A stretch of 64,000 bases of DNA, from IMG/VR virus record IMGVR_UViG_3300036770_008686, positions 71,790-135,789 of that record. The stretch is one strand, 5' to 3'. Source of the stretch: a virus. Positions 27,547 through 36,020 of this stretch are shown here, piece by piece. A program made the position numbers and the translations under genes. The notes beneath the pieces were generated by a model that was not told where the DNA came from, did no database searches, and saw only the letters and a list, made by a program, of their open reading frames with translations. The stretch's first letter is position 1, and the number at the start of each line of letters is the position of its first letter.

Positions 27547-27804
27547 TTATTGGTTATTTTTAGTTATCCACCTTCTTGAAACATCAGCGTATGGTTTGTC
27601 CAAGGTTACTTTTCTATTTGTTACATCTTCAACAGAGTTGACACTTGGTGGTTGGTTGTTGTCACTTCTAACTGTGTAGTATCCGTAGTCGGCCAAAGTG
27701 TTGATGTCTGAATTATTAAAATTAATAAATATAGAATTATCTGGTTTCAATAAGGTTTTTGGGACTCTTGGAACCAATATTTCATCATTAACATTGTAAT
27801 ACAT
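27547..27804 (-). CDS. paralog of the N-terminal half of 27044-27538
   Basis: LADYGYYTVRSD vs LADAGYYTVRSD. Confidence 0.7.
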   Translation of the reverse strand: MYYNVNDEILVPRVPKTLLKPDNSIFINFNNSDINTLADYGYYTVRSDNNQPPSVNSVEDVTNRKVTLDKPYADVSRRWITKNNQ

Positions 27805-27816
27805 AATATTTTCTTT

Positions 27817-28476
27817 CTAATTAGTTTTCTGACCTATGTAGTGTCCTTGGATAACAGGTAAGATTACTATGGTAGGCATGACTCCAGGCTCAGATTGATA
27901 AGATAAAAATTGCGTACCAAAACTTCTTAATAAAACAAGGTGTTTTGTACCTTGGGTAAAAGTAGGAGGAGGTTGACTATACCATTCGTCAACAATATCC
28001 CATATTACTGTACAGTTAGTAGCTATTTCTAGTTCTAGCAAAACATCAACGCTAACGCCACTATAAAAAAAGCTAAATTGTGCCACAGGAGCATTCTCTG
28101 TGGGCCAGCCCCCGCCTAGAACAAAGTTTACATTACCTTCTTCTAACTGTCCGTCATTATTAAAAGAAAAAGCTCCTATTCTGAGCTTTTGAATTTGTTT
28201 GTGTATACTATAACTAATACTAATGTTACCACCTAAATAACCAGGACTGAGGGGGGGCATTGGTTTATATATGACAGTAGGGGCAGACAAACCGTTATAT
28301 ATATCCAAGCTTCCGACTAGTATATTTTGTCCAGGATCTTCTTGAATTATTCCAAATGCTTGACCATTTCCATCAAATATGTTTCCTATGCCGATTGAAG
28401 AATTAGTAAAAACGGCAGAGGAAGCTGTTAAATTTCCTGTTGTGCTTAAGTCGTTAGAGCTATAATTAGCTGGCAT
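27817..28476 (-). CDS. hypothetical, probably virion-associated protein
   Basis: RBS AAAGGA; Ser/Thr/Gly-rich, beta-rich. Confidence 0.7.
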   Translation of the reverse strand: MPANYSSNDLSTTGNLTASSAVFTNSSIGIGNIFDGNGQAFGIIQEDPGQNILVGSLDIYNGLSAPTVIYKPMPPLSPGYLGGNISISYSIHKQIQKLRIGAFSFNNDGQLEEGNVNFVLGGGWPTENAPVAQFSFFYSGVSVDVLLELEIATNCTVIWDIVDEWYSQPPPTFTQGTKHLVLLRSFGTQFLSYQSEPGVMPTIVILPVIQGHYIGQKTN

Positions 28477-28491
28477 TTGTGTCCTTTTGTA

Positions 28492-28550
28492 TTATTTAGT
28501 GTTTAAATTATATTTTTTGATGACCTTGACCCATGCTTGTTGACAGCAAT
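28492..28550 (-). CDS. exon 2 of the intron-split hypothetical gene
   Basis: after splicing reads (T)AT TGC TGT CAA CAA GCA TGG...AAA TAA = YCCQQAWVKVIKKYNLNTK*. Confidence 0.75.
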
Positions 28551-28773
28551 CATTTTATCCTAAAGTTTCCTATGGGAACGGACTATATCTTCCACGATTT
28601 GTGGTAGGGGCGCTCTTGCCTGTTATTAAGACAAACCATTTTGTCTCAGGTAGTCTCTACACCTTCACTAGAATGGTCTAGTGCTTGGCTCGGTATTGCC
28701 ATCACCATTACGTGTTAAGGTTTCACCGAATTCACCCCTAATGGGCCTTTTATTTAATTGAAAATCACATATT
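28551..28773 (-). ncRNA. group I self-splicing intron, 223 nt, no homing endonuclease
   Basis: minus strand: P4 UUCGGU/ACCGAG, P6a CACUAG/CUAGUG, R GUAGAGACUA, S AAGAUAUAGUCC (28580-28591), P3 UAGGG/CCCUA, P8 CCAC/GUGG, GAAA-capped P9, terminal G at 28551, P1 with U.G at the 5' splice site. Confidence 0.9.
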
Positions 28774-29362
28774 AACCTCCCATTGAAGTTTTTACGCTAC
28801 TACACTCTTTACAAACAACTATTAAACTATTTTTAATTATTCCATACCTATATATTTCACACCAACTTTTTTTTCCCAGACATAGCCTGCCTTCGCAATC
28901 ACCAGGATCTCCGCAACCATTATCCTCTACTGCTCCGCTATACCTTGGACGAGACAAAGAAACTTCAACGAAAAAATAATCGTTACTCGGAGAGTCAAAC
29001 AAACTATTTAATAAGCTCTGACTAATATATTCAGGTGCAGCTTCTTGAGTTTCTATGGCGTGTATCATGCTACGAGCATTTAAGTCATCTAAATCCACAA
29101 CACTAGATATTGTTCCGTTTGGAATTTTTTTTCTTACTCCTTTATAAGTCTTAAAAAATACAAAATTTTTATTTAAATATTGATAGACATGTCTTCTTAA
29201 AGCTAACCGTCTATACCTCGTGCTTGACAAAATAGAACATCCATACTCTATAGCGGTAATTGGCGGGCGGGAATCGGCATTATCTGATACAATGCTACCT
29301 ATTTTTGCAAAATCCGGTGTGGATATGTCGAAATATGGTGGTTGGCCGTATTTTATGCCCAT
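28774..29362 (-). CDS. exon 1 of the intron-split hypothetical gene (215 aa when spliced)
   Basis: the apparent TAA stop at 28774-28772 straddles the predicted 5' splice site. Confidence 0.75.
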
Positions 29363-29370
29363 TAATAAAT

Positions 29371-29414
29371 AAACCCTTTTTTACACTACAATTATATAGT
29401 GTAAAAAAGGGTTT
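29371..29414 (-). terminator. intrinsic terminator or hairpin
   Basis: perfect 18-bp inverted repeat aaacccttttttacacta/tagtgtaaaaaagggttt. Confidence 0.75.
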
Positions 29415-29441
29415 TCTAAAGCAAAAGATATAAATTAAATA

Positions 29442-29705
29442 CTAACCTTCAATAAAAGGAAGAGATTCATAAAGATCCAAATCACAATCAATTTGAACTA
29501 CCGTGTGGGGGCTTATAGATACAACACACCTCATGTGCGGATCCACCTTAACCCCAGCAGCATGTTCGTGAATCATATTAAAAATAATAGGAAAGTTCAA
29601 ATCATCAAGATCAGAAATTTTATCTATTAATTGACGGTTATATCCTCTTTTCTTAGCTATTTTATTTGCTAAAATCAGATCGGACTTGTTGAAGTACTTA
29701 ATCAT
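29442..29705 (-). CDS. hypothetical protein
   Basis: ORF track; HEHAAG..PHMRC. Confidence 0.7.
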   Translation of the reverse strand: MIKYFNKSDLILANKIAKKRGYNRQLIDKISDLDDLNFPIIFNMIHEHAAGVKVDPHMRCVVSISPHTVVQIDCDLDLYESLPFIEG

Positions 29706-29719
29706 TCAATCTCCATAAA

Positions 29720-30007
29720 TTACAAAAGAACGGCTTTTATACAATGAGGCTCCATTAATATCTTTTCACGCTCACTATTATCATAATTTGGAACAGGAAC
29801 TCCGCTACCAGACAAAAGAACTCTATCGCCAACTTTAAAGCCATGCTCTTCTTTTACACATGGCCCTATAGCAAGAACAATAGCATGAAACTCTTTTTTA
29901 TTCTTAACTTGTTCATTAACAATAATTTTAGTATTATACATTTCTTGATCTGTTAAAAGTTCTAACAGGATTTGGTGTCCACATGGATTGCATGCATTTA
30001 TTTTCAT
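29720..30007 (-). CDS. groES: GroES/Cpn10-like co-chaperonin
   Basis: PCGHQILLE, AIVLAIGP, FKVGDRVLL, ILMEPHCIKAVL; 95 aa. Confidence 0.75.
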   Translation of the reverse strand: MKINACNPCGHQILLELLTDQEMYNTKIIVNEQVKNKKEFHAIVLAIGPCVKEEHGFKVGDRVLLSGSGVPVPNYDNSEREKILMEPHCIKAVLL

Positions 30008-30044
30008 TTTTACTCCTTATTTTCAATTAATATAGCGTAAAATT

Positions 30045-30455
30045 TTAAATTAAGAAACCAGTTTCACTACTCAACATCCATTTTTTTTCACCATAATGGA
30101 AATTTCCATTATTCCTAAAAAGAAGAACAGTTACAGTATCTGGTATGTGTTTTAGAACTTCGGGCTGATCGTCTATGAAAACAGATATTCCATTTTCTAT
30201 TATCACTCTCGCCTTGTCTTCAAATTTTTTAACTAAAAATATTTTGTCATACTTGATATTATTTTCATTTAAGAAGTTTTTTAATTTATCTAAATCAGAC
30301 CTCATAGAAACTATGAATATGTTGCCAGACCAATTATTTGTTAAAATATTAAAAAAAGAAGGAGATTCGTCTATGCACCCATCTACATCTATTCCTAGAC
30401 TTGGACTATGAATTTCAAATAAATTTTTGATAGACTTAATATTTTCTTTCAACAT
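30045..30455 (-). CDS. HAD-like phosphatase (5'-nucleotidase-like)
   Basis: LGIDVDGCI, IVSMR, VFIDDQPE. Confidence 0.7.
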   Translation of the reverse strand: MLKENIKSIKNLFEIHSPSLGIDVDGCIDESPSFFNILTNNWSGNIFIVSMRSDLDKLKNFLNENNIKYDKIFLVKKFEDKARVIIENGISVFIDDQPEVLKHIPDTVTVLLFRNNGNFHYGEKKWMLSSETGFLI

Positions 30456-30637
30456 TGTTGTTTTTCTATTTTCTGTCTTGCTTTGTTCCAATAGTATTCG
30501 CTATCGCCCTCATTAGGATTTTTTTCCCAAAGAAGGTAGGCCTCTAATTTTATTGCTTCCTCGTCTAAGGAAGTAGGTAGAAGATCCTTGTTTTTCGGTT
30601 CATCAAATAACTTTTTAAATATATCAATAATTTTCAT
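30449..30637 (-). CDS. DUF2934-like small protein
   Basis: IKLEAYLLWEK..GDSEYYWNKARQKI. Confidence 0.65.
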   Translation of the reverse strand: MKIIDIFKKLFDEPKNKDLLPTSLDEEAIKLEAYLLWEKNPNEGDSEYYWNKARQKIEKQQC

Positions 30638-30660
30638 TTTTTAACTTTCATAAATAAAAA

Positions 30661-30698
30661 AGATGGAGGGGTCTTAATTAGTTAAGACCCCTCCATCT
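30661..30698 (-). terminator. intrinsic terminator
   Basis: perfect 17-bp inverted repeat agatggaggggtcttaa/ttaagacccctccatct with a T-run on the minus strand. Confidence 0.85.
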
Positions 30699-30708
30699 AA
30701 AAAATCAA

Positions 30709-30981
30709 TCAACGAACGGGACGGTAAACTTTTCTAACAGTGGTTCTCTTGACATAACCACCAAAGAGCCGTTGCCGGCAAGAACTGTCACAAGACTCTG
30801 TGACGTTGTAAACCTTGGGGCAAACAACACAGTTAGTGCAGTTAGAGCCAACACAATCATTGCAGCAAGCTGCTGCCGCTGGTTTAGTCTCAGGCTTATT
30901 AACAAGAACTGATTGATCGCCTGTATCACCTGCCATGCAGGCAGCAGACATCAAAAATAAAACACTAAGCATCCTAATCAT
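30709..30981 (-). CDS. small secreted Cys-rich protein
   Basis: RBS AAAGGAG; signal peptide MIRMLSVLFLMSAACMA; CCNDC..NCTNC..C..ESCDSSC; RLFGG. Confidence 0.75.
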   Translation of the reverse strand: MIRMLSVLFLMSAACMAGDTGDQSVLVNKPETKPAAAACCNDCVGSNCTNCVVCPKVYNVTESCDSSCRQRLFGGYVKRTTVRKVYRPVR

Positions 30982-31100
30982 ATCTAACACTCCTTTTTGC
31001 GGCGTAAAGGTAGGCGTTGGGGTGCCGCAAACCCAACACCCGAAGCTTAACAAAAATTCCTTTTTTTGTCAAGAAATTTTTCTTGTAACCAGAAATCAAA

Positions 31101-31107
31101 CGTACCG
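31101..31107 (-). promoter_or_regulatory. CGGTACG motif, copy 5
   Basis: intergenic; lies upstream of TTGACA-16-TAAGCT and the gene starting at 30981. Confidence 0.6.
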
Positions 31108-31140
31108 AACGAAATTTTTTATTTACTTTTGAATTTAGTT

Positions 31141-31722
31141 TTAAAACCATCTATGCACATTTGTGCCAAAACTTTCAATTTTGTTAATTAGAGATTCATT
31201 TGTCTCAGGTGATTCAGAAGGCATAAATCTATCATGAAATTCTATATATAAATCTTTAATTTTAGAAATAGTTTTCTCTTCAATCATGTGTCTTAAAACA
31301 GAATATTCACTTCCCTCTATATCCATTTTACAAATTAAATGCGAGGTAGGTAACTCAAAAACAAATTTAGAAAAATTTATAGAAGGAACCAACAATTTTG
31401 TTTCATAGCCGGGATGAATAAACCCTATTCCGTCTATTGAAGATCCCCATCCATCAAAATCAGATTTGCCATCTGTTGGAGAGCCTGTTCTACTTTTTTT
31501 ATGATTTTCTTGATTAAACTCAACTAAGCCATCCTCTATCCAAACAGCTTTAGCGTGTGGAATTATATTTAAATCTATTTTTTTAATCCTTTCTTCCACC
31601 CTACAGGCAGGATTTGCCTCAAAGGTATGAATTTCAAAAGTTTCGTCTATTATTTTGTTTTTATAAAAATGTATTATGCCTTCACACAAATGCGTTCCGC
31701 AATCTAAAAATATTTTTTTCAT
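31141..31722 (-). CDS. FkbM-family methyltransferase
   Basis: IFLDCGTH, HTFEANP, KAVWIEDG, CKMDIEGSEY, LYIEFH. Confidence 0.9.
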   Translation of the reverse strand: MKKIFLDCGTHLCEGIIHFYKNKIIDETFEIHTFEANPACRVEERIKKIDLNIIPHAKAVWIEDGLVEFNQENHKKSRTGSPTDGKSDFDGWGSSIDGIGFIHPGYETKLLVPSINFSKFVFELPTSHLICKMDIEGSEYSVLRHMIEEKTISKIKDLYIEFHDRFMPSESPETNESLINKIESFGTNVHRWF

Positions 31723-32015
31723 AAAATGAATATAGTGTCATTTTTTATTAAATACTCAGTTTCTTCATCTTTTTTCAAGGAAAAGACGAAGAACTTAATA
31801 TTAATATTTTCAAAAATATAACTTTCACAAAAATCTTTTGTTCCGCCTACTATTTCCTGTTTTCCATTAATTGGGTATATAGCATAATCCTTATTGCAAA
31901 CTAAATAGTAATAAAAAATAGCCTTTTTTGCATTATAAATAGTTTTTCTATACAAAGACATATCTTTTTTACAACAATTCTTATACCAATTTAAAAAGCT
32001 ATTAGTAGGCTTCAT
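31719..32015 (-). CDS. hypothetical protein
   Basis: ORF coupled to its neighbours. Confidence 0.55.
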   Translation of the reverse strand: MKPTNSFLNWYKNCCKKDMSLYRKTIYNAKKAIFYYYLVCNKDYAIYPINGKQEIVGGTKDFCESYIFENINIKFFVFSLKKDEETEYLIKNDTIFIL

Positions 32016-32640
32016 TGTTGTGTTTTCTTAAAGATTGCTCGTCAAAGTGTTTTGTTAAAAAATTAGACTCGGCTATTGTAAAAAAATTATAGCTACTTGA
32101 TAAGTCAGTTAAAACACTACTTACAACTTTATCCGATGCTATTTTTTTAAAAACATACTTAAATAGTTTATGTTCCTTAACAGCATTCAATAAAATACTT
32201 GCAAATTTAGGTGTTATTATGTAGTTACAATTCCAAACATTGCAACACTTAGCATAATTACATTTATTTTTTGATATTTTTAAAAAATTTTTTGAATATT
32301 TTTCTCCACAGGGCCTAAGAACATTCAAAAAAATAAAATCATAATCATGCTTAATTTCTTTTAAAAGCTCACTTCTTTTTAATGCATATTCTTCTGGTAT
32401 AAGTTCATCATCTTCTATAATATTACAAGGTTCGTCTTTTGATGAAACCCACTCCCAAGCAAAAAACTTAGAAAGCATGCAACCCACGTTACCAGCTTTT
32501 TTAACAATATTATCAAATATTACATCTTCATTTTTAACCAAAACTCCATTTAAAAAATGAAATTCCAAATTGGTTTTTTTAAGCTGTTCGTTTATTTTTA
32601 TTTTTCTTTCAAAATCTACACCCACAACAACATTAATCAT
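32002..32640 (-). CDS. glycosyltransferase family 25-like
   Basis: FLNGV, GNVGCMLSKFFAW, NIIEDD, DYDFIFL, YIITPKFA. Confidence 0.8.
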   Translation of the reverse strand: MINVVVGVDFERKIKINEQLKKTNLEFHFLNGVLVKNEDVIFDNIVKKAGNVGCMLSKFFAWEWVSSKDEPCNIIEDDELIPEEYALKRSELLKEIKHDYDFIFLNVLRPCGEKYSKNFLKISKNKCNYAKCCNVWNCNYIITPKFASILLNAVKEHKLFKYVFKKIASDKVVSSVLTDLSSSYNFFTIAESNFLTKHFDEQSLRKHNNEAY

Positions 32641-32713
32641 AACTAAAAATATTTATTAAAAATAAAATTTAATTTCAGAATAATAAATAATATGGTTCAT
32701 TAAACAAGGAGGA

Positions 32714-32962
32714 ATGGACATGGATAATCTAAGGATAACAGAAGAGTATAAAGAAGGCGAAAGAATGGAATTCTACGTTGAAAGAATAAATGAAAAGAAG
32801 CCTTGGCCAGCAAATTCAATGATTGTTTTCTTTGTTTGTGCAATAAAAAATATTGACACAAAAAAAGCTTTAAAATCTTACAAAATATTGAATTTAGGCA
32901 CAGATAAGATTAAAATAGTTTCTTTGTTAGATTATAATAATATAATCTATAAAAGCAAATAA
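32714..32962 (+). CDS. hypothetical protein
   Basis: RBS AAGGAGG. Confidence 0.7.
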   Translation: MDMDNLRITEEYKEGERMEFYVERINEKKPWPANSMIVFFVCAIKNIDTKKALKSYKILNLGTDKIKIVSLLDYNNIIYKSK

Positions 32963-32964
32963 TT

Positions 32965-33177
32965 TTAATCATTAGCTATATAATTCATTATAGTTAGAAC
33001 ATCAAATGTACTTTGTGCATTTGATGTTCTAAAGCCTCTTTCGTCAACGTAAATGTAATCCCCAGACGATACGTACAACGTTCTAAGTAAGTTTATTAAC
33101 GTTGCTGCGGCATCTTCTGGGGATTTTTTACTTGTTATTAACATCTTATTTCTATATTTAACATAATACTTTGCCAT
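32965..33177 (-). CDS. hypothetical protein
   Basis: MAKYYVK..IYVDERGFR. Confidence 0.65.
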   Translation of the reverse strand: MAKYYVKYRNKMLITSKKSPEDAAATLINLLRTLYVSSGDYIYVDERGFRTSNAQSTFDVLTIMNYIAND

Positions 33178-33214
33178 AATCTAAAATTATAGCAAAACAT
33201 TATATTAAATCAAG

Positions 33215-33772
33215 CTATTGAGGTGAACTTGAAATTAAATCTACATCATTTAAATCTTCAATTTTACAAACACCATCATTACAATTAAGTCTTGGTTGCT
33301 GTTTTCTTTTGGGGCCTTTTTTATTATCAACAATAGGTTTGTCGTTTATCCTCTTTGCAGTCCACTTACCAGGACAGACCCCGCAACTTTTCCAAATACC
33401 ATCTTCTAGCAAACTATTGTCTTTTTCATTCATAACAGAAGCATAAATAGTTGCTTTTATATTCGGGTCTGCCTCTTGTAATTCGGTACCTTTCATCTTT
33501 AAAACACTGGTATCATAATCAAATATTGCAACAATAAATTCTCTTCCTCCTGTATTGTTGCTACCACGCCAATCAAAATAACCCTCAAAATTTTTGGGAG
33601 GATATTCTTCTGGATCTTTGGGCATCAATACAAGTTTTGCTTTCCAGTAGGTTCTAGATTCATCCAACCCTTCTACATTCCAAGTGCCCGCTGGACTTCT
33701 AGCTCCATTATGAACTTGAGCTAATGCAATATTAGAAAAACAAAAAACAAAACTAAGTAATAAAATTTTCAT
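33215..33772 (-). CDS. secreted hypothetical protein
   Basis: signal peptide MKILLLSFVFCFSNIALA; beta-rich, G.W.A motifs. Confidence 0.7.
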   Translation of the reverse strand: MKILLLSFVFCFSNIALAQVHNGARSPAGTWNVEGLDESRTYWKAKLVLMPKDPEEYPPKNFEGYFDWRGSNNTGGREFIVAIFDYDTSVLKMKGTELQEADPNIKATIYASVMNEKDNSLLEDGIWKSCGVCPGKWTAKRINDKPIVDNKKGPKRKQQPRLNCNDGVCKIEDLNDVDLISSSPQ

Positions 33773-33781
33773 AAAAACCTT

Positions 33782-34972
33782 TCATAATCTAAAGTAATTT
33801 TTAATACTATCCGCAACACAAATTTCAGGTCTTTCAAAAACCAACTTTTCTTTTATGTCAAACAAATGAGATAGGTTACATCTTTTAAAGATTTGACGAA
33901 TCTCAGAACTTTCAAATATATCAGAATTTAAAAAATCTATTGTGTCTAGATTAAAATATTCAAGATCATCTCTGCATGCTTTAAAAGCATGCTTTAAAGC
34001 TTTGTGCTCAGGAGTGCCAGTCATAGTTAAAAATTTAAAACTTTTAATCAAAGCTATATCTTCAACAAAACCAACAATTAAATATCCAAGTTTTTTTCTA
34101 GTCCCATTAATATCTGCATAAAAAGAAATTAAATAAGAATCTCCGTCTTTGCCGACTACTTCTGGGGAAATCAAAGAAAGACCTAAGTTGTAAAACAAAT
34201 ATCCTTTTTGGTTTTTATCAAATTTCAGTCTTTCATAAAGTCTATTTATTGCATGATCTTGTATATAAACCTTTGCAGGCAGTATATTGTTTATAGTATT
34301 TTCTTTCAATACCACGGGAAAATCATTTATATTCCCCAGTCCAAAAAAGAAACAAAGATGTGCGTTTCTAGGTTTTTTATCAACATTAAAACATCTAGTA
34401 ACAGGAGTATATTGATTAATTCTTAATACTTGGTAAGCTTTTTTCCCAGGCGTTCTATCAACTGTTAATGTGAAACAAAGACCTTTTGTGCTAAAATCAT
34501 AATAATTAGAAACTTCATTCCAGGCACAAAAAATTAATTTTTTTGCACATTCTGTCCAGAAAAATTGTGCGGCGGTTGATGTTTTCTTTTCTATTTCTTT
34601 TAGATTAAACAATAAATCATCAGAACAACTGGATTGTCTACTTGATAAGAAAGATAAAACCGAATGTACAGCAGAATCTAAAGACAAAAAGTCTCCAATA
34701 TCAAAAACACTAAATTTAGTTGAATTAAAATCAATATTAGATAACTTAAGATCTGATTCTATATTGATACAAACTTTTTCGATATCAACCCAAGAATAAT
34801 CTTTTGATCGATCCACTATGATTGCGGGCTTAGGCCAAGTATATTCCAGTATTGATACTTTAAGTTTAGAGGGAAGCTTTTCAAAAAAATTACTTATATT
34901 TAATAGTGATATAGCTTGAAGTTTTTTTTCTCTTATTTTGCTGTTTCTTTTTTTGAGTTTATTGGCAGCCAT
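33782..34972 (-). CDS. conserved hypothetical protein
   Basis: IQDHAINRLYER, KLGYL, FKFLTMTGTPE; RBS AAAGGAG. Confidence 0.75.
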   Translation of the reverse strand: MAANKLKKRNSKIREKKLQAISLLNISNFFEKLPSKLKVSILEYTWPKPAIIVDRSKDYSWVDIEKVCINIESDLKLSNIDFNSTKFSVFDIGDFLSLDSAVHSVLSFLSSRQSSCSDDLLFNLKEIEKKTSTAAQFFWTECAKKLIFCAWNEVSNYYDFSTKGLCFTLTVDRTPGKKAYQVLRINQYTPVTRCFNVDKKPRNAHLCFFFGLGNINDFPVVLKENTINNILPAKVYIQDHAINRLYERLKFDKNQKGYLFYNLGLSLISPEVVGKDGDSYLISFYADINGTRKKLGYLIVGFVEDIALIKSFKFLTMTGTPEHKALKHAFKACRDDLEYFNLDTIDFLNSDIFESSEIRQIFKRCNLSHLFDIKEKLVFERPEICVADSIKNYFRL

Positions 34973-34984
34973 GCCGACACTCCT

Positions 34985-35899
34985 TTATAGTTTTAAAAAC
35001 TCTTCTATTGCTTTTTCTTTCATTTTAAATTCAAAATCTATGTCAATTTCGCAATCACCATAAATCTTATATTTGCTTTTAGGATAATCAGCGTGAGCCC
35101 TAGGGTTTTTGCCTTCTCTACTTTCACTATAGTGGAACAAAGGTTTGTATTTACCCCAAGTCTCTTTGCAAGTCAAGAAGGCCTCTTCTTCAACCATTCC
35201 ATCAGGATAGCAATTGAAGTGCAAATAATCAAAAGTTATAGGCTTCTTTGTTAAAGAATGAAAATGGTTGTATAACTTATTAACACTCCAACCGGCTGCC
35301 TTGTCATCATTTTCGATAACTATTCTTGACCAACAATTATCGTCCAATTTTTCTGCATTTTTTAAAAATCTATTTACAATAGAAGTTCTATCGCCAACAT
35401 TATTGTTGATATGAAAATTTATAGGAGAATCATAATTTGCAGGACAACCTATTTGATCCATAAACCTAGAATAGAAATTCAATTCTTTTATCGTTCTATT
35501 CACAGCATCTTGGTTTTCGCTTGCCAAGACGTTAAATTCGCTGGGGTGGCAACTTATTCGGACAGGATGAGATATTAAATAATCTTTAATTAAAGAAAAG
35601 ATTTTCTGTATCTCTTCGTAATCAGGAAGTTGCTCCAGCGATAAATCGGCTTTTTCATAAGTTATAAGAGGAAATAAATCACTTGATATTCTATAGCAAT
35701 AGTTATTTTCAAAACAATATTTTATTGAATGATAAGTAACATCTATATTGTTTAATATTCTTTTGCTTAGAATTTTTAATGCTTCATCTCTTGGTGTCTC
35801 GCTAAATTTTTTATATGTCATCCTCTGAAACTTTTTGGGAGGATTTTTTTCTCCCAAAGAAAGTATTATGCAACAAACACCATGTCTTATGTTATTCAT
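34985..35899 (-). CDS. uvsE: UV-damage endonuclease UvsE/UvdE
   Basis: YRISSDLFP, RISCHPSEFNVLAS, IVIENDD, TFDYLH, PLFHYSES, AHADY, DFEFKMKE. Confidence 0.93.
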   Translation of the reverse strand: MNNIRHGVCCIILSLGEKNPPKKFQRMTYKKFSETPRDEALKILSKRILNNIDVTYHSIKYCFENNYCYRISSDLFPLITYEKADLSLEQLPDYEEIQKIFSLIKDYLISHPVRISCHPSEFNVLASENQDAVNRTIKELNFYSRFMDQIGCPANYDSPINFHINNNVGDRTSIVNRFLKNAEKLDDNCWSRIVIENDDKAAGWSVNKLYNHFHSLTKKPITFDYLHFNCYPDGMVEEEAFLTCKETWGKYKPLFHYSESREGKNPRAHADYPKSKYKIYGDCEIDIDFEFKMKEKAIEEFLKL

Positions 35900-36020
35900 T
35901 AGAGTCTATACATTCATAGAAACACTCTAAGAGCTTTTTATTGATTTCATCAATATTGTTGAGATCACGAAAGTGCTCTTCCATCTCAAATAAGCTTAAA
36001 TCTTCATGATAATTATTCAT
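35892..36020 (-). CDS. 42-aa ORF missing from the ORF track
   Basis: MNNYHEDLSLFEMEEHF...; its start overlaps the upstream stop and its stop overlaps the uvsE start. Confidence 0.5.
   Translation of the reverse strand: MNNYHEDLSLFEMEEHFRDLNNIDEINKKLLECFYECIDSNE

Noticed and set aside
28551-28773. IStron or homing-endonuclease-carrying intron
   Set aside because: The intron is only 223 nt with no internal ORF or IS-like 3' extension
29720-35899. GroES and UvsE as novelties
   Set aside because: Both are commonplace in large phages; listed as features only
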